A DNA stretch of 64,000 nucleotides, taken from the NCBI RefSeq assembly GCF_036321535.1, contig NC_087436.1, positions 14,508,001 through 14,572,000 on the forward strand. The letters are read 5' to 3'. This document shows positions 63,843-64,000 of this stretch, piece after piece (the stretch's first letter is position 1; each line of letters opens with the position of its first letter). The stretch comes from Camelus dromedarius (Eukaryota). The notes beneath the pieces are model-generated. The model was not told the origin of the DNA. It ran no database searches and saw only the letters and a list, made by a program, of their open reading frames with translations. Position numbers and translations under genes: made by a program.

Positions 63843-64000
63843 GTAGAAATACTGTATTTTTGTTTTGCATTTTTCTTTATTGTGCTTTACAGATACTGTG
63901 GTTTTTGTTTTTGTTATTTTATTTTTTAACAAATAGAAGGTTTGTGGCAACCCTGCATTAAATCTGTTGGTGCCTTTTTCCAACAGCATTTGCTCACTTC
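63843..64000 (+). mobile_element. Tigger1-like DNA transposon end, truncated by the window
   Basis: ctttattgtgctttacagatactg…aaggtttgtggcaaccctgca…ttttccaacagcatttgctcacttc. Confidence 0.85.

Larger units (their letters stand above)
34710..64000 (+). other. First intron (continues beyond the window)
   Basis: Starts at GTAAGC. T/G-skewed + strand, no credible coding exon, and all recognisable L1 fragments are antisense. Confidence 0.75.

Overview
Mammalian genomic DNA, most likely camelid (inferred from five copies of a tRNA-derived SINE resembling camelid Vic-1 and several short lineage-type L1 3' ends). It is AT-rich, CpG-depleted and dense in repeats. I can support no protein-coding exon; the ORF track is noise or decayed transposon sequence. 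The first ~33 kb look intergenic (L1, L2, MIR, MaLR/ERVL, hAT fossils). A CpG island at ~33.2-34.9 kb contains a promoter and a long GC-rich non-coding first exon on the + strand, ending at a strong donor (GAG|GTAAGC, 34709/34710). The remaining ~29 kb look like that gene's first intron. From memory the exon resembles the 5' UTR of HIPK3, but this is unverified and no coding exon is present to confirm it. The best leads are in the 5' region: two uORFs (one ending in ATG-TGA), a G4/hairpin switch, an internal TATA box that would bypass both, alternative first-exon donors and a divergent donor. Others are a candidate recursive splice site, a (UG)15-containing cryptic exon, a SINE+L1 composite inside one TSD pair, and a near full-length Charlie1 with readable transposase motifs. 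I found no convincing wholly new biological system. Repeat family names are from recognition, not a database search, and boundaries of old repeats are approximate.
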